Shown here: positions 53,704-64,000 of the stretch, piece by piece
Layout of the letters: each line of letters opens with the position of its first letter
How positions within the stretch are numbered: the first letter of the stretch is position 1
Source: an uncultured Planctomycetaceae bacterium
GTDB lineage: Bacteria > Planctomycetota > Phycisphaerae > SM23-33
Assembly: GCA_964427875.1 (NCBI GenBank)
Contig: CAYRVX010000028.1
Coordinates: 387-64,386 of the forward strand
Reading direction: 5' to 3'
DNA length: 64,000 nt
The notes under the pieces: model-generated
Told to the model about the DNA's origin: nothing
What the model saw: the letters and a program-made list of their open reading frames with translations, nothing else
The model's database searches: none
Position numbers and translations under genes: made by a program

Positions 53704-54989
53704 TGGCCCCGTCGCGTGAACAAGGCTCCGAGGTCTCCGTTTGGCCGCTGCTTTACCTGCGCGCGAACTGGGCCGGCCCGATGATCGACTGCTTCGACCT
53801 GGGTGTGAAGCTGATTCGCGCAGATTCGGAAACGCTCGCCAGGATGAAGGACATCGTGGGCCCCAACGCCAGGTTCCCAGGCCACTATGTGTTCGACAGT
53901 GATGTTCAGTGGCTCCTGGCGATCCCTGTCGCGCAGGAGGTCCAGTACGCCAACAGCGCGAAGCTGGGCATCTCGACACGGGAAGAAGTTGCTCGTGCGC
54001 TGGTGGACACGTTCCTGCTCTCTCTCCGGCTGGTTCGGCAAACGGCCGCAGTCTGTCCCGTATGGTTCGGCGCCAAGGTTGATCAGAACGGGTTGCACAC
54101 GCCGCTCGACTCAGACAGAACCAAGGACTACGAAGACCCGTGGTTGGACTGGGATCCGGGAAGGGAGTTCGGGGGGGAGACCTTGGAGGAAGGCGAGCTT
54201 GAGGCCACCGAGACGTTTGAAGAAGGCGACCTTGGGTCGATCGCTGACCTCTGGGACCGTCTGGTGCATTCCTTCTCACTGAAGGGCTTTCTTACCCAGG
54301 CGCACACGGAGATGTTCTGGCAAGAGATCGACAGGAGGGCAACTGGCGAGGCGGACGACTGGTTCCGGGCGCGCAGCCCAGCGATATCGGCCGACCCCGG
54401 CTTGGCCGAGCCGATGGTCTCTGTCTTGCGGCAAGACCAAGTGTGGCAACAGCGGCATTCTGAGGCATTCAGGAACACGCTCAGGGCCCGCCTCGACGAG
54501 ATATTCCTCCGCGCAACGCGGATCGGTAGGGCATTGGGGCTCTTCAACGAGGCATTCGGCTCCCATCCGGTAGGCGCCTTTCTGCTCATGTGCTTCGCCC
54601 TTGAGACGCTCTTCACCGTGGAGAAACCAAGTAACAGAAGGGGCATCACGTGCAAGTTGAAGAGGAGAGCGGCAGAGCTGCTCCGTCCCGGAGGGCAGGC
54701 TGGTAAACCCAAGGAGGTGAAGGACAAGGTAGGTCGCATCCTGAAGGAACGAGGCGATCTCGTCCATGGCAGCAAGCGGATGGATTGCGTACCTGAAAAG
54801 ACGCAGAGGGAGGCGGTTGACCTTACCCGCTTGAGTCTCCGGACCGTGCTGTCTCGGCCTGAGCTGCTGAAGCTTTACTGCGATCCCTCTACGTCAGCCA
54901 CACCCGGAAAGAAGGAAGACGTGGGCGGGTTGAGGGAGTTCTTCCGCAAGTTGGACGGTGGTGCAGGATGTTCCGGTGAAGGAAAGTGA
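53703..54989 (+). CDS. Large protein with a C-terminal HEPN (Abi/Apea-like) domain; N-terminal ~300 aa of unknown function
   Basis: C-terminus 'AFLLMCFALETLFTVEK...KRRAAELL...ILKERGDLVHGSKR' gives the HEPN Rx4H motif. GTG start coupled to the upstream small ORF. Confidence 0.5.
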   Translation: MAPSREQGSEVSVWPLLYLRANWAGPMIDCFDLGVKLIRADSETLARMKDIVGPNARFPGHYVFDSDVQWLLAIPVAQEVQYANSAKLGISTREEVARALVDTFLLSLRLVRQTAAVCPVWFGAKVDQNGLHTPLDSDRTKDYEDPWLDWDPGREFGGETLEEGELEATETFEEGDLGSIADLWDRLVHSFSLKGFLTQAHTEMFWQEIDRRATGEADDWFRARSPAISADPGLAEPMVSVLRQDQVWQQRHSEAFRNTLRARLDEIFLRATRIGRALGLFNEAFGSHPVGAFLLMCFALETLFTVEKPSNRRGITCKLKRRAAELLRPGGQAGKPKEVKDKVGRILKERGDLVHGSKRMDCVPEKTQREAVDLTRLSLRTVLSRPELLKLYCDPSTSATPGKKEDVGGLREFFRKLDGGAGCSGEGK

Positions 54990-55088
54990 AGATGGATGAA
55001 GACACCGTCGGCGTGCCTGCCCGGACGCGCGTCTCATCACGGCAGCGTGGTGGGTCGCAACGCGCGGGCGCACTTGTGGGTTGAGAAC

Positions 55089-55841
55089 ATGCGACTCAAG
55101 CAATTCATTCTGACATCCTCGATGGGCAAGCGGTTGATCGGTAAGGGCGTGGCGGCGCATCCGGTGATCCGGGACGTGCTGGAGTCCGGCACGCTGGTGA
55201 TCGTGGCCGGCACGACGAACGGGTACGTGGCCGAGGAGATCCTCGCCGCCACGGGGCAGCAGGAGGGCTTCACGCGCAAGGGCTTTCGCCGCGGCGTGAC
55301 CGTCCCGCCGGGCAAGAAGGCGCCGCAGGCGGAGTTCACCGGCGACGTGGTCCTGGTAAAGGGCGCCTGGCAGAAGGGCAAGGAGATCTTCGACGTCGCC
55401 GACGACCTCAAGGCCGGCGACGTAGTGCTCAAGGGCGCCAACGCGCTCAGCGCCGACCTGGGCCGGGCGGCCGTGCTGATCGGCCATCCGCAGGCCGGCA
55501 CCATCGGGGCGGCCCTGCCGGCCGTGCTCGGGCGGCGCGTCCGCCTGATCATCCCCGTCGGCCTCGAGAAGCGGATCTGCGACGACCTCGACCAGATCGC
55601 CGCGGAGATCAACGCCCCCGAGGCCGAGGGGCCGCGGCTGCTGCCGATGCCCGGCGAGCCGTTCACCGAGCTCGACGCGATCGAGCTGCTCTCCGACGCG
55701 GAGGCATTCCTCGTCGCCGCCGGCGGCATCTGCGGCGCCGAGGGCGCCGTCTGGGTCGCCGTCCGGGGCAGCGACCGGCAGGTGGCCGCGGCAGAAGAGA
55801 TCATCGCCTCCGTCGCCGACGAGCCGCCTTGCGAGGCGTAG
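55089..55841 (+). CDS. Hypothetical protein (Gly/Ala-rich alpha/beta; '[15 protein letters not shown]', '[11 protein letters not shown]')
   Basis: 250-aa ORF from ATG 55089. No family recognised from sequence alone. Confidence 0.35.
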   Translation: MRLKQFILTSSMGKRLIGKGVAAHPVIRDVLESGTLVIVAGTTNGYVAEEILAATGQQEGFTRKGFRRGVTVPPGKKAPQAEFTGDVVLVKGAWQKGKEIFDVADDLKAGDVVLKGANALSADLGRAAVLIGHPQAGTIGAALPAVLGRRVRLIIPVGLEKRICDDLDQIAAEINAPEAEGPRLLPMPGEPFTELDAIELLSDAEAFLVAAGGICGAEGAVWVAVRGSDRQVAAAEEIIASVADEPPCEA

Positions 55842-55888
55842 GCGGCGCGCCCTGCATCTCTCCGTCGATGCCCGTGTGCGAGCCGCCC

Positions 55889-58800
55889 TTACGGCCCTTC
55901 AGGCGGATCGGAGTCGATCCACTCCAGGTCGAGTTCGCTGAAGACGTCGCCGACCCGCAGGTCCGTGACCTTGTCCAGCACGCCGTCGCCGTTGAGGTTC
56001 GCCAGGAACCAGTCCGCCCCGCCGCCGCCGGTCAGCCTGTCCCGGGCATCGTCGTAAAAGACCGTCACCGGCCCGTTGTCGGGGTCGGCGTTGAGGAAGT
56101 ACGGCCCGTTCAAGCCGCCGTCGGGCCCCGTGATGTGAGCCACTCGAGTCTCGAAGTCGTTGGCCGACGTCCACTCGGCCATGATCCCGCAGAGCGCAAC
56201 GAGGTCCTCGTCGTACACGGTGGTGCCGGCCACGAGGATGTCCTCGCCGGCATTCCCGACGATCCGGTCTGCGCCCTCGCCGCCGATCAGCAGGTCGCGG
56301 CCGGCCCTGCCGACGACCATGTCGTCGCCGTCGCCGCCGACGAGCATGTCGTTGCCCGCCCCGCCGCGGAGCCAGTCGTCACCGGTGCCGCCGAACATCC
56401 AGCCCATGACCTCCAGGTCCGAGTGGATCTTGATGCTGTCGTTGCCGGCCAGCCCGTAAACGATGACCTTGCTGACGGCGTCCGCGGCGCCCCGAAACCG
56501 GAAGACGCCCAGCTCCCAGATGATCGAGCTCGTGATGATCGTGACCCTGAAGTAGTCCTCCTGGGGCCCGATCATCACGTTGATGATGTCGTTCAGGGAC
56601 GAGCCCCTGACGACCAGGGCGTTGGTCCCGTCGCCGCAGGGGCTCTCGATGACGTGGACGGACCTCTCGCCCGTCCCCGTCACGGTCACCGTGACCGTGG
56701 CGCCGGCCGTGCCGCCGTCACCATCGCTGATCGTGTAGCTGAAGGTATCCGCGGCCGTCTCGCCGTCGGCCAGGCCCAGCAGCGCCCCCGACGTGGTGGC
56801 GTCGTAGCTGAAGCCGCCGTCGGCGTTCATGACCACCGTCGCGCCGAGGCTCGTGGCCAGGCTGCCCGTGCTCGTCACCACCAGCGGGTCGCTGGCGCCC
56901 GCCGGGTCGCTGTCGTTGGCCAGGACGCCGTCGCCGGGCAAGACGTTCAGCAGATCGAACATGTCGGCCGGATCGGTGGCGTAGTCGTCGTCCACCGCCG
57001 TCGGAGCGACGTTGCTCACGACCAGGTTGAACTGCACCGCGGACACGTCGTCGCCGTCGCTGGCGGTGATGGTGACGACCTGGGTCTCGCCCGGCCCGTC
57101 GGTCGTGTCGAACGACCAGCTCCAGGTCCCGTTGCCGTTATCCACCACCGTGCCGATCGAGGCCGACAGCGCCACCGTGTCGGCGCCCGGATCGCTCACC
57201 GTCCCCGTGTTGGCGGCCGTCTGGCTCTCGTCCACCGTCACCTCGGCGTTGTCCGCCGCGATGCTGGGAGCGGCGTTGGTGATCTCGACAGTGGCCGTGC
57301 CCGTATCGCTCAGGCCGGCGTCGTTGGTGACCTTCAGCGCGACGGTCTTCGAGTCGGGCCCGTCGAGGCCGGCCGCGGAGTAGATCGGGTTGATCCCCAC
57401 CTCGTCGCCGCGCTCGGCGCCCGCGCCGATCTCGCCGAACTGCCCGTCGCCGTCGAGGTCCCACTCGTAGGTGAGTGGCGGCGGGGGCTGGTTGGGGTCG
57501 GTGCTGCCGGAGCCGTCCAGCGTGACGGTCGAGCCCTCGGCGACGGTGTAGGGCCCGTTTGCATTGGCGACGGGCGGCTCGTCTTCGGCCGTCTCGATCG
57601 TCAGGTCCGAGAGCACCGGGCTGGTGCCGTCGGCGGCGGCCTTGAGCGTCGCCTGCACCTCGATGAACTGCCCCGTCAGCGAGAGCGCCTCGCCGCTCGT
57701 GACGTCAACGAAGGGCTCGCCGGCCAGGCCCGCGTGCGTCTCGGCGGCCCGGGCCTGCACGATGATGCTCTCGGGGACGGAGCCTTCCTCCTCCTCGTTC
57801 CAGGTGATGCTTCCCCAGGCGGTCCCGGCCTCGCCGCCGTCCTCGACCACCGTCCAGCTTCCCTGCCGCGACGTGGCGCTCATGGCGACCACGCCGGTCA
57901 TGTCGCCGAGGCCCTCCGACGCGGCTCCGGCGCCCAGGTTCACCACCAGATCGGGTGCGCCAGGCGCCGCCCGATTGATCCGGGACGCCGTGTCCGACGC
58001 GGAACTGATGGCCCAGACCTTTCCAGCCGCATCGACCGACACGCCGATGGGGTTCAGTCCGACCGCGGGCGTGGCCACCAGGACCCCCTCGCTGGTACGG
58101 CCGTAGACCCTCCCCAGGCCCCAATTGGCCACCCAGAAGCTGTTGTCGGCCGGTCTGACCGCCACCCCCTGGGGCGGGCCCGTGGCGCCCGTGTCAAAGG
58201 TCCTCACAACGGCGCCGTCGGTTGGTCTGATCTTCAGCAGGTTATTCCCTGAGGGATTGCTCACGAAAAGGTAGCCATCGGTGTCTATGCCCACACCGTG
58301 ACACTGGTTTCCCGTGCCCAAGTTGATCACCTGGGGGGTGGGGGTGTTGGTGTCGTAACGGAGGATGTTGGTCGAACCGGGCTGAGTGATCGACCAGAGC
58401 ACGCCGTTGGCGTCCAGCAGCCCGCCGTAGCCGCCGGCAATGGGGTTGATCTGAGAGCCGGGGATCGGCTCGCCGGTGACCCCGCTAATCTTCTCGTGGA
58501 TCTTGTCGACCGTGCCGCCGACCCACAGGTCGTTGTTGGCGTCGATGGCCAGCGTGCCGACCTCCTTGGCGGTTGTCCGCGTGTAGTTGATGATGGCCTC
58601 GTCCTCGGCCGTCGAGACGCCGCCGAGCGTGTCGGCCCCGCCGGCGTTGGTCCAGGCCAGGACGTTGCCGAGGCCGCTCGAGGTCCTGATCAGCCCGTCG
58701 CCGTCGCGGTCGATGGCCGTGTTGTAGTCGAACGGGCCCTGGAGGTACTCGCCGTTGTCGTCGGGCGTGAACGATCCGTCGCCGTTTTTGTCCCCCCGGG

Positions 58801-59254
58801 TCCCGCCGATCACCAGGGCGATCCGCGTGACCGACCCCATGCCGCCGGTGTCCTCGGCGATGTTGGCGACCCAGACGTTGCCGAGCAGGTCCACGGCCGT
58901 GCGGGCAGGGCTCTTGTCCATTCCGTCCGGCGCCGCGGCGTACTCGCCCACGATCGCCCCGGTCTCGCTGTGGATCCGGACCAGCGTGCCTCGCCCCGTA
59001 CAGGCGACGTTGACATACGGGAAGGGCTCCGCGATCGCGTTGATCTGCAACTGGTCGGCGGGACTGTCGTGATTCAGGTTGAGGGTCGCGCCCGCATCGA
59101 AGTCGTCGCTGGACGTATAGGTCCAGGCGCTGAGCAGCAGCCGCGGCTCCATGGGCTCGAACGCGGGCCGTTCGCTTCGCTCCCGTGCCTCGGTCGATCG
59201 CCGGCCGGCGGGCCACAGCAGCCCCTGCACGTACTTCCTCATCTTCGTAATCAT
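55889..59254 (-). CDS. Very large secreted protein with beta-propeller (NHL/YVTN-like), Ig/cadherin-like repeats and C-terminal RTX-type Ca-binding repeats
   Basis: RBS AAGGAG 6 nt before ATG 59254. 'GGAGNDMLVGGDGDDMVVGRAGRDLLIGGEGADRIVGNAGEDIL' nonapeptide repeats near the C-terminus. 'VANANGPYTVAEGSTVTLDGSGS' PKD-like segment. Repeated 'GxxVWVAN' propeller blades. Confidence 0.65.
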   Translation of the reverse strand: MITKMRKYVQGLLWPAGRRSTEARERSERPAFEPMEPRLLLSAWTYTSSDDFDAGATLNLNHDSPADQLQINAIAEPFPYVNVACTGRGTLVRIHSETGAIVGEYAAAPDGMDKSPARTAVDLLGNVWVANIAEDTGGMGSVTRIALVIGGTRGDKNGDGSFTPDDNGEYLQGPFDYNTAIDRDGDGLIRTSSGLGNVLAWTNAGGADTLGGVSTAEDEAIINYTRTTAKEVGTLAIDANNDLWVGGTVDKIHEKISGVTGEPIPGSQINPIAGGYGGLLDANGVLWSITQPGSTNILRYDTNTPTPQVINLGTGNQCHGVGIDTDGYLFVSNPSGNNLLKIRPTDGAVVRTFDTGATGPPQGVAVRPADNSFWVANWGLGRVYGRTSEGVLVATPAVGLNPIGVSVDAAGKVWAISSASDTASRINRAAPGAPDLVVNLGAGAASEGLGDMTGVVAMSATSRQGSWTVVEDGGEAGTAWGSITWNEEEEGSVPESIIVQARAAETHAGLAGEPFVDVTSGEALSLTGQFIEVQATLKAAADGTSPVLSDLTIETAEDEPPVANANGPYTVAEGSTVTLDGSGSTDPNQPPPPLTYEWDLDGDGQFGEIGAGAERGDEVGINPIYSAAGLDGPDSKTVALKVTNDAGLSDTGTATVEITNAAPSIAADNAEVTVDESQTAANTGTVSDPGADTVALSASIGTVVDNGNGTWSWSFDTTDGPGETQVVTITASDGDDVSAVQFNLVVSNVAPTAVDDDYATDPADMFDLLNVLPGDGVLANDSDPAGASDPLVVTSTGSLATSLGATVVMNADGGFSYDATTSGALLGLADGETAADTFSYTISDGDGGTAGATVTVTVTGTGERSVHVIESPCGDGTNALVVRGSSLNDIINVMIGPQEDYFRVTIITSSIIWELGVFRFRGAADAVSKVIVYGLAGNDSIKIHSDLEVMGWMFGGTGDDWLRGGAGNDMLVGGDGDDMVVGRAGRDLLIGGEGADRIVGNAGEDILVAGTTVYDEDLVALCGIMAEWTSANDFETRVAHITGPDGGLNGPYFLNADPDNGPVTVFYDDARDRLTGGGGADWFLANLNGDGVLDKVTDLRVGDVFSELDLEWIDSDPPEGP

Positions 59255-59501
59255 CGGCTTCTCCTTTTCCCTCACCCCCGCGGGGAACGGATAGACGCGC
59301 ACTCGGACACTGATATCTACCGATTGGGTTTCTTGGCCGCACCACTATCGGACCAGAATTGGAATTATCCCACATCTTCCGGGGTTTTTCAAGCGCAAAT
59401 CAGGCCGGCGGCTCCTTTTCCGGCCTCCGTGCGGCGAGGAATCGGGGGGAGCGTAGCGTCTTCGGGGGCCGGCTTGGCGCCGCTTGCGGGGCGGGGGCGT
59501 C

Positions 59502-61343
<1,842 letters not shown>

Positions 61344-61450
61344 GAGGCGTGCTCCCGGATGCGACGAGTCATCCCAGCCGCACCGGCCGAGCCGACGCGG
61401 CGGCCATGGGTACTACGAAGAGTCCCTCGCGAGGTCCCCTCCGGAAGTGC

Positions 61451-63208
61451 TCATCCGGCCCGGGCGCGGTGGATCTTCCAGAGGCTCCGCCAGGTCGCCG
61501 AGACGCGGTCCATCAGGTCCATGTTCTGGAGCGACAGGGCCAGGTCGGCCCGAATCCTGTCGCGCTCGGACTCGCCGGCCTCGGCCTCCATGCGGCGCAC
61601 CTCGTTCTCGAACTTCTCGCGATTCGTGTACAGCAGTGCCAGCCGATAGTGCAGCTCCACGAGCCGCGGCTCGATGTCCAGCGCGCGGCAGAAGGCGTCG
61701 GCCGCCTCGTCCACCAGGTGCAGCTCCTGGCGGACCACGCCGAGCTTGATCCACGCCTTGGTGTAGGAAGGGCTGAGCCTGGCGGCCTCGTTGAACTGCT
61801 CCATGGCCGCGGCGTCCTGCCGCCGGGCCCTCAGCAGCACGCCGTAGCGGTACCGCAGGTCGGCGTGGCGCGGGTGGCGGTGGACCTCTTCGGCGTGGCG
61901 GTGGATCTGCAGGGGAAGCAGGTCGTCGCCGTCGAGGTCCGGGCCCCCGGCGGGCGCCTGCGTGCCGCCCGGAAAGCCGCCGGGGAAACCCCCGCTCGCC
62001 GCGGACCTCAACTGAAGCCTCGCCACCTCCGCCATCAGCATGGTGCTGTTGGGCTCGACGGCCCCGGCGAGATCGAAGCTGTTCCCGGCGGCGTCGCCCT
62101 CGCCCAGCGCCGATTGGGCCACGCCCATGCCGACGTAGCACGTCAGCAGCCGGTCGTTCAGCTCGGCGGCACGGTGGAACGCCTCGGCCGCCTCCTCCCA
62201 TCGCCCGTTGACCAGGTGATGCGTGCCGAGCTTGACCGTTGCCTCCAGGTACCCCGGCTGGAGCTCCAGCGCCAGGAGGTAGTTCCTCACGGCCCCGTCG
62301 TCGTCGCGGACCCGGCTGCACAGGTCGCCCAGGCGGACGTGAAGGTCGGCAAACGGGCCCTGCTGGCTGATCAGCCAGTGCAGGCGCTCGACGGCCTCCG
62401 GGATTCGGCCTTCGGCCACCATCGCTTCGACGTCGTCATCGACCAGCGCCCAGTTGTCGGGCTCCAGGGCGATGGCGGTCTCGAACTCGTCAACCGCTTC
62501 GTCGTGCCTCCGCGAGCGGAGATACAGGTGGGCCAGCGCCGAGCGGTAGCAGATCTCCCGCGGCTCGATGTCGCGAAGCGACTGATACTGCTCGATGGCC
62601 TCGTCGAGCTCGCCGGTGAGGACGCCGATGGCGGCGAGCCTCTCCCGGGCCGTCATGAACGACCCGTCCGCCGCGACCGCCCGGCGGTAGTACGCCGCGG
62701 CCTGCTCGGGCTCCAGGAGCTTCTCGAGGCAGAACCCGATGCCGAACAGCACCGCCGCCTCGGACGGGCGGATCTCGTCGGCAACCTTCAGGTGCTCCAG
62801 CGCGCCGGCGGGATCGCCCTTCTCGTCGCACGCCGACGCCAGCGCCGCCCGCGCCGACAGGCAGTCGCCCTTCGCCCGGCAGGCGTCGTCGAGATGCCTG
62901 ACGGCGTCGTCAAGCCGCCCGGCGCGGAGATGCGCCAGGCCGACCTGCAAACGCCGACCCGGACCGTCGTGCTGGGCCTTGGCGGGCGCGGCCGGCTGCT
63001 CGCCGTCGCCGGACGGCCACCAGAAGTAGCGGTCCAGCAGATCGCTCAGATCGCTGTCCACCCCCCGGCCGAGCAGCTCGAGTATGTAGCTCACGCGTCC
63101 GGTTCCCTCGGGCGCCCGGGGCCACGAAGACTTCGCCGGCCCGCCGGTCACGCCCGTCCAACGGCAACGTGGGCCGCGGAATACCCGCTCCCGCGGAATC
63201 ACCATCAT
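61451..63208 (-). CDS. TPR-repeat protein
   Basis: Multiple TPR units ('AAYYRRAVAADGSF', 'YRSALAHLYLRSRRHDEAVDEFETAIALEP', 'YRLALLYTN'). The start may be an internal GTG near 63093 rather than ATG 63208. Confidence 0.55.
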   Translation of the reverse strand: MMVIPRERVFRGPRCRWTGVTGGPAKSSWPRAPEGTGRVSYILELLGRGVDSDLSDLLDRYFWWPSGDGEQPAAPAKAQHDGPGRRLQVGLAHLRAGRLDDAVRHLDDACRAKGDCLSARAALASACDEKGDPAGALEHLKVADEIRPSEAAVLFGIGFCLEKLLEPEQAAAYYRRAVAADGSFMTARERLAAIGVLTGELDEAIEQYQSLRDIEPREICYRSALAHLYLRSRRHDEAVDEFETAIALEPDNWALVDDDVEAMVAEGRIPEAVERLHWLISQQGPFADLHVRLGDLCSRVRDDDGAVRNYLLALELQPGYLEATVKLGTHHLVNGRWEEAAEAFHRAAELNDRLLTCYVGMGVAQSALGEGDAAGNSFDLAGAVEPNSTMLMAEVARLQLRSAASGGFPGGFPGGTQAPAGGPDLDGDDLLPLQIHRHAEEVHRHPRHADLRYRYGVLLRARRQDAAAMEQFNEAARLSPSYTKAWIKLGVVRQELHLVDEAADAFCRALDIEPRLVELHYRLALLYTNREKFENEVRRMEAEAGESERDRIRADLALSLQNMDLMDRVSATWRSLWKIHRARAG

Positions 63209-63352
63209 TCCTATCGGCAGATGGCGGGGAGGGATAAAAGAAGTTCCAGTGCTCTGCGCTCTTCCTCGCCGATGGCGGAGCCGCAGCGTGCCGCCACGGT
63301 GCGTTTGGCCCCCTTTCGCCGCGCGCGCGGTCTGCCCTGCGTCGGAAAGAGC

Positions 63353-64000
63353 TCAGATCTCGACGCTGACGCGCTTGATCCTGGCCAGGTCGGCCACGCC
63401 GAGCCCCAGCTCGGCCGCCCGGCCAATGTGGAGCGGGTCGTTGTGAGGCTTTTGCATGCCATTCTCGCGCCGCTTGGCCATGATGATGTCCTCGAGCGTC
63501 GCGTCCAGGGCCACCGGGTCAACCGACGCGATGACGCCGTGGTAGTCCCACCGCGCCCGGGACGAGTAGCCGGGCCCGCGGTCGTACTGGCCGTACAGCG
63601 CGTCGGCGATGCAGATGCGGGTCTTGTCCTTGATCGGGCCGAGGGTGTTCAGGTCGGCGATGGCGGCGCAGCAGTTCCGGTGAAAGGCGCCGGCGTTCCG
63701 AATGCTGCCGAGGTGGTTCTTCAGGGCGCCGGTGGCGCCGCAGCGGACGTGGCTCTTCATGATGGGGACGTTGATGAGCACGTCGGCCTTGGTCAGTATG
63801 TCGGAGACGGCCGTCCCGACGGGGCCGGCCTTGACGCTCTTGCCGTAGCCGCCCTGGGTGCCGTAGATGCGAACGCCCTTGCCCTCGCGGTTGATCGTGA
63901 AGCCCGCGGTCTTCATGTCCTTGTCGGCGCGGTCGTAGACCACGATCTTGGCGGGGTCCACGCCGGCCTTGACCAGCCCGTTCGTCACCGCGTGGACCAC
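63353..64000 (-). CDS. DUF362-domain protein, C-terminal part (N-terminus lies beyond the window end)
   Basis: 'VLINVPIMKSHVRCGATGALKNHLGSI' matches the DUF362 core. The ORF runs off the window at 64000. Confidence 0.6.
   Translation of the reverse strand: MVHAVTNGLVKAGVDPAKIVVYDRADKDMKTAGFTINREGKGVRIYGTQGGYGKSVKAGPVGTAVSDILTKADVLINVPIMKSHVRCGATGALKNHLGSIRNAGAFHRNCCAAIADLNTLGPIKDKTRICIADALYGQYDRGPGYSSRARWDYHGVIASVDPVALDATLEDIIMAKRRENGMQKPHNDPLHIGRAAELGLGVADLARIKRVSVEI

Noticed and set aside
55829-58252. 807-aa ORF on the + strand
   Set aside because: Antisense to the large RTX/PKD protein gene. Its translation is low-complexity.

Overview
This is a high-GC (~65-70%) bacterial window with dense, mostly co-directional genes, and no rRNA, tRNA, CRISPR, transposase or integrase that I can see. 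The gene content (TAT-signal sulfatase, TAT-signal Gfo/Idh/MocA oxidoreductase, several DUF4838 proteins, FG-GAP/ASPIC, PKD/TPR and RTX-like secreted proteins, a GH35 beta-galactosidase) looks like a Planctomycetota or PVC-type genome. The window splits into six blocks. (1) 1-6390: an EchABCDEF-ordered complex-I-like module. Its NuoD-like large subunit has no NiFe-ligand cysteines, a low-GC DUF59/MIP18 gene sits between nuoC-like and nuoD-like, and nuoI is fused to a GltD-like NAD(P)H/FAD domain. (2) 6.4-28.7 kb: housekeeping and secreted proteins. These are hisI, a TrkH with a long N-terminal extension plus TrkA, rpiB, a TsaC-LMW-PTP fusion, a LolCDE/LolA-like set, and glycan-degrading enzymes. 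(3) 28.8-42.5 kb: a glycosylation locus with a GT-C PMT/ArnT-like membrane glycosyltransferase, a methyltransferase, a polyprenol-P GT2 with DUF2304, a second GT2, galE and a GHMP kinase. It also carries a candidate sialyltransferase, a NeuA-phosphatase fusion, a short NeuB, a pyruvyl transferase and a Wzx flippase. (4) 42.8-50.0 kb: sulfatase, hypothetical proteins and GH35. (5) 50.2-55.0 kb: HU, then a pduS-pduT pair (cobalamin-reductase-like protein and an Fe-S tandem BMC shell protein) with no other microcompartment genes in view. These are followed immediately by a PIN gene translationally coupled to a small ORF, then a paralogous small ORF coupled to a 428-aa protein with a C-terminal HEPN (Rx4H) domain. 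(6) 55.9-64.0 kb: a large beta-propeller/PKD/RTX-repeat secreted protein, glmS, a TPR protein and a DUF362 fragment. The two candidates I rate highest for novelty are the Ehr-type complex with the NuoI-GltD fusion and the PIN/HEPN dual module sharing a new small-protein family. The orphan pduST pair comes next. All calls rest on motifs read directly from the translations. No database searches were run.
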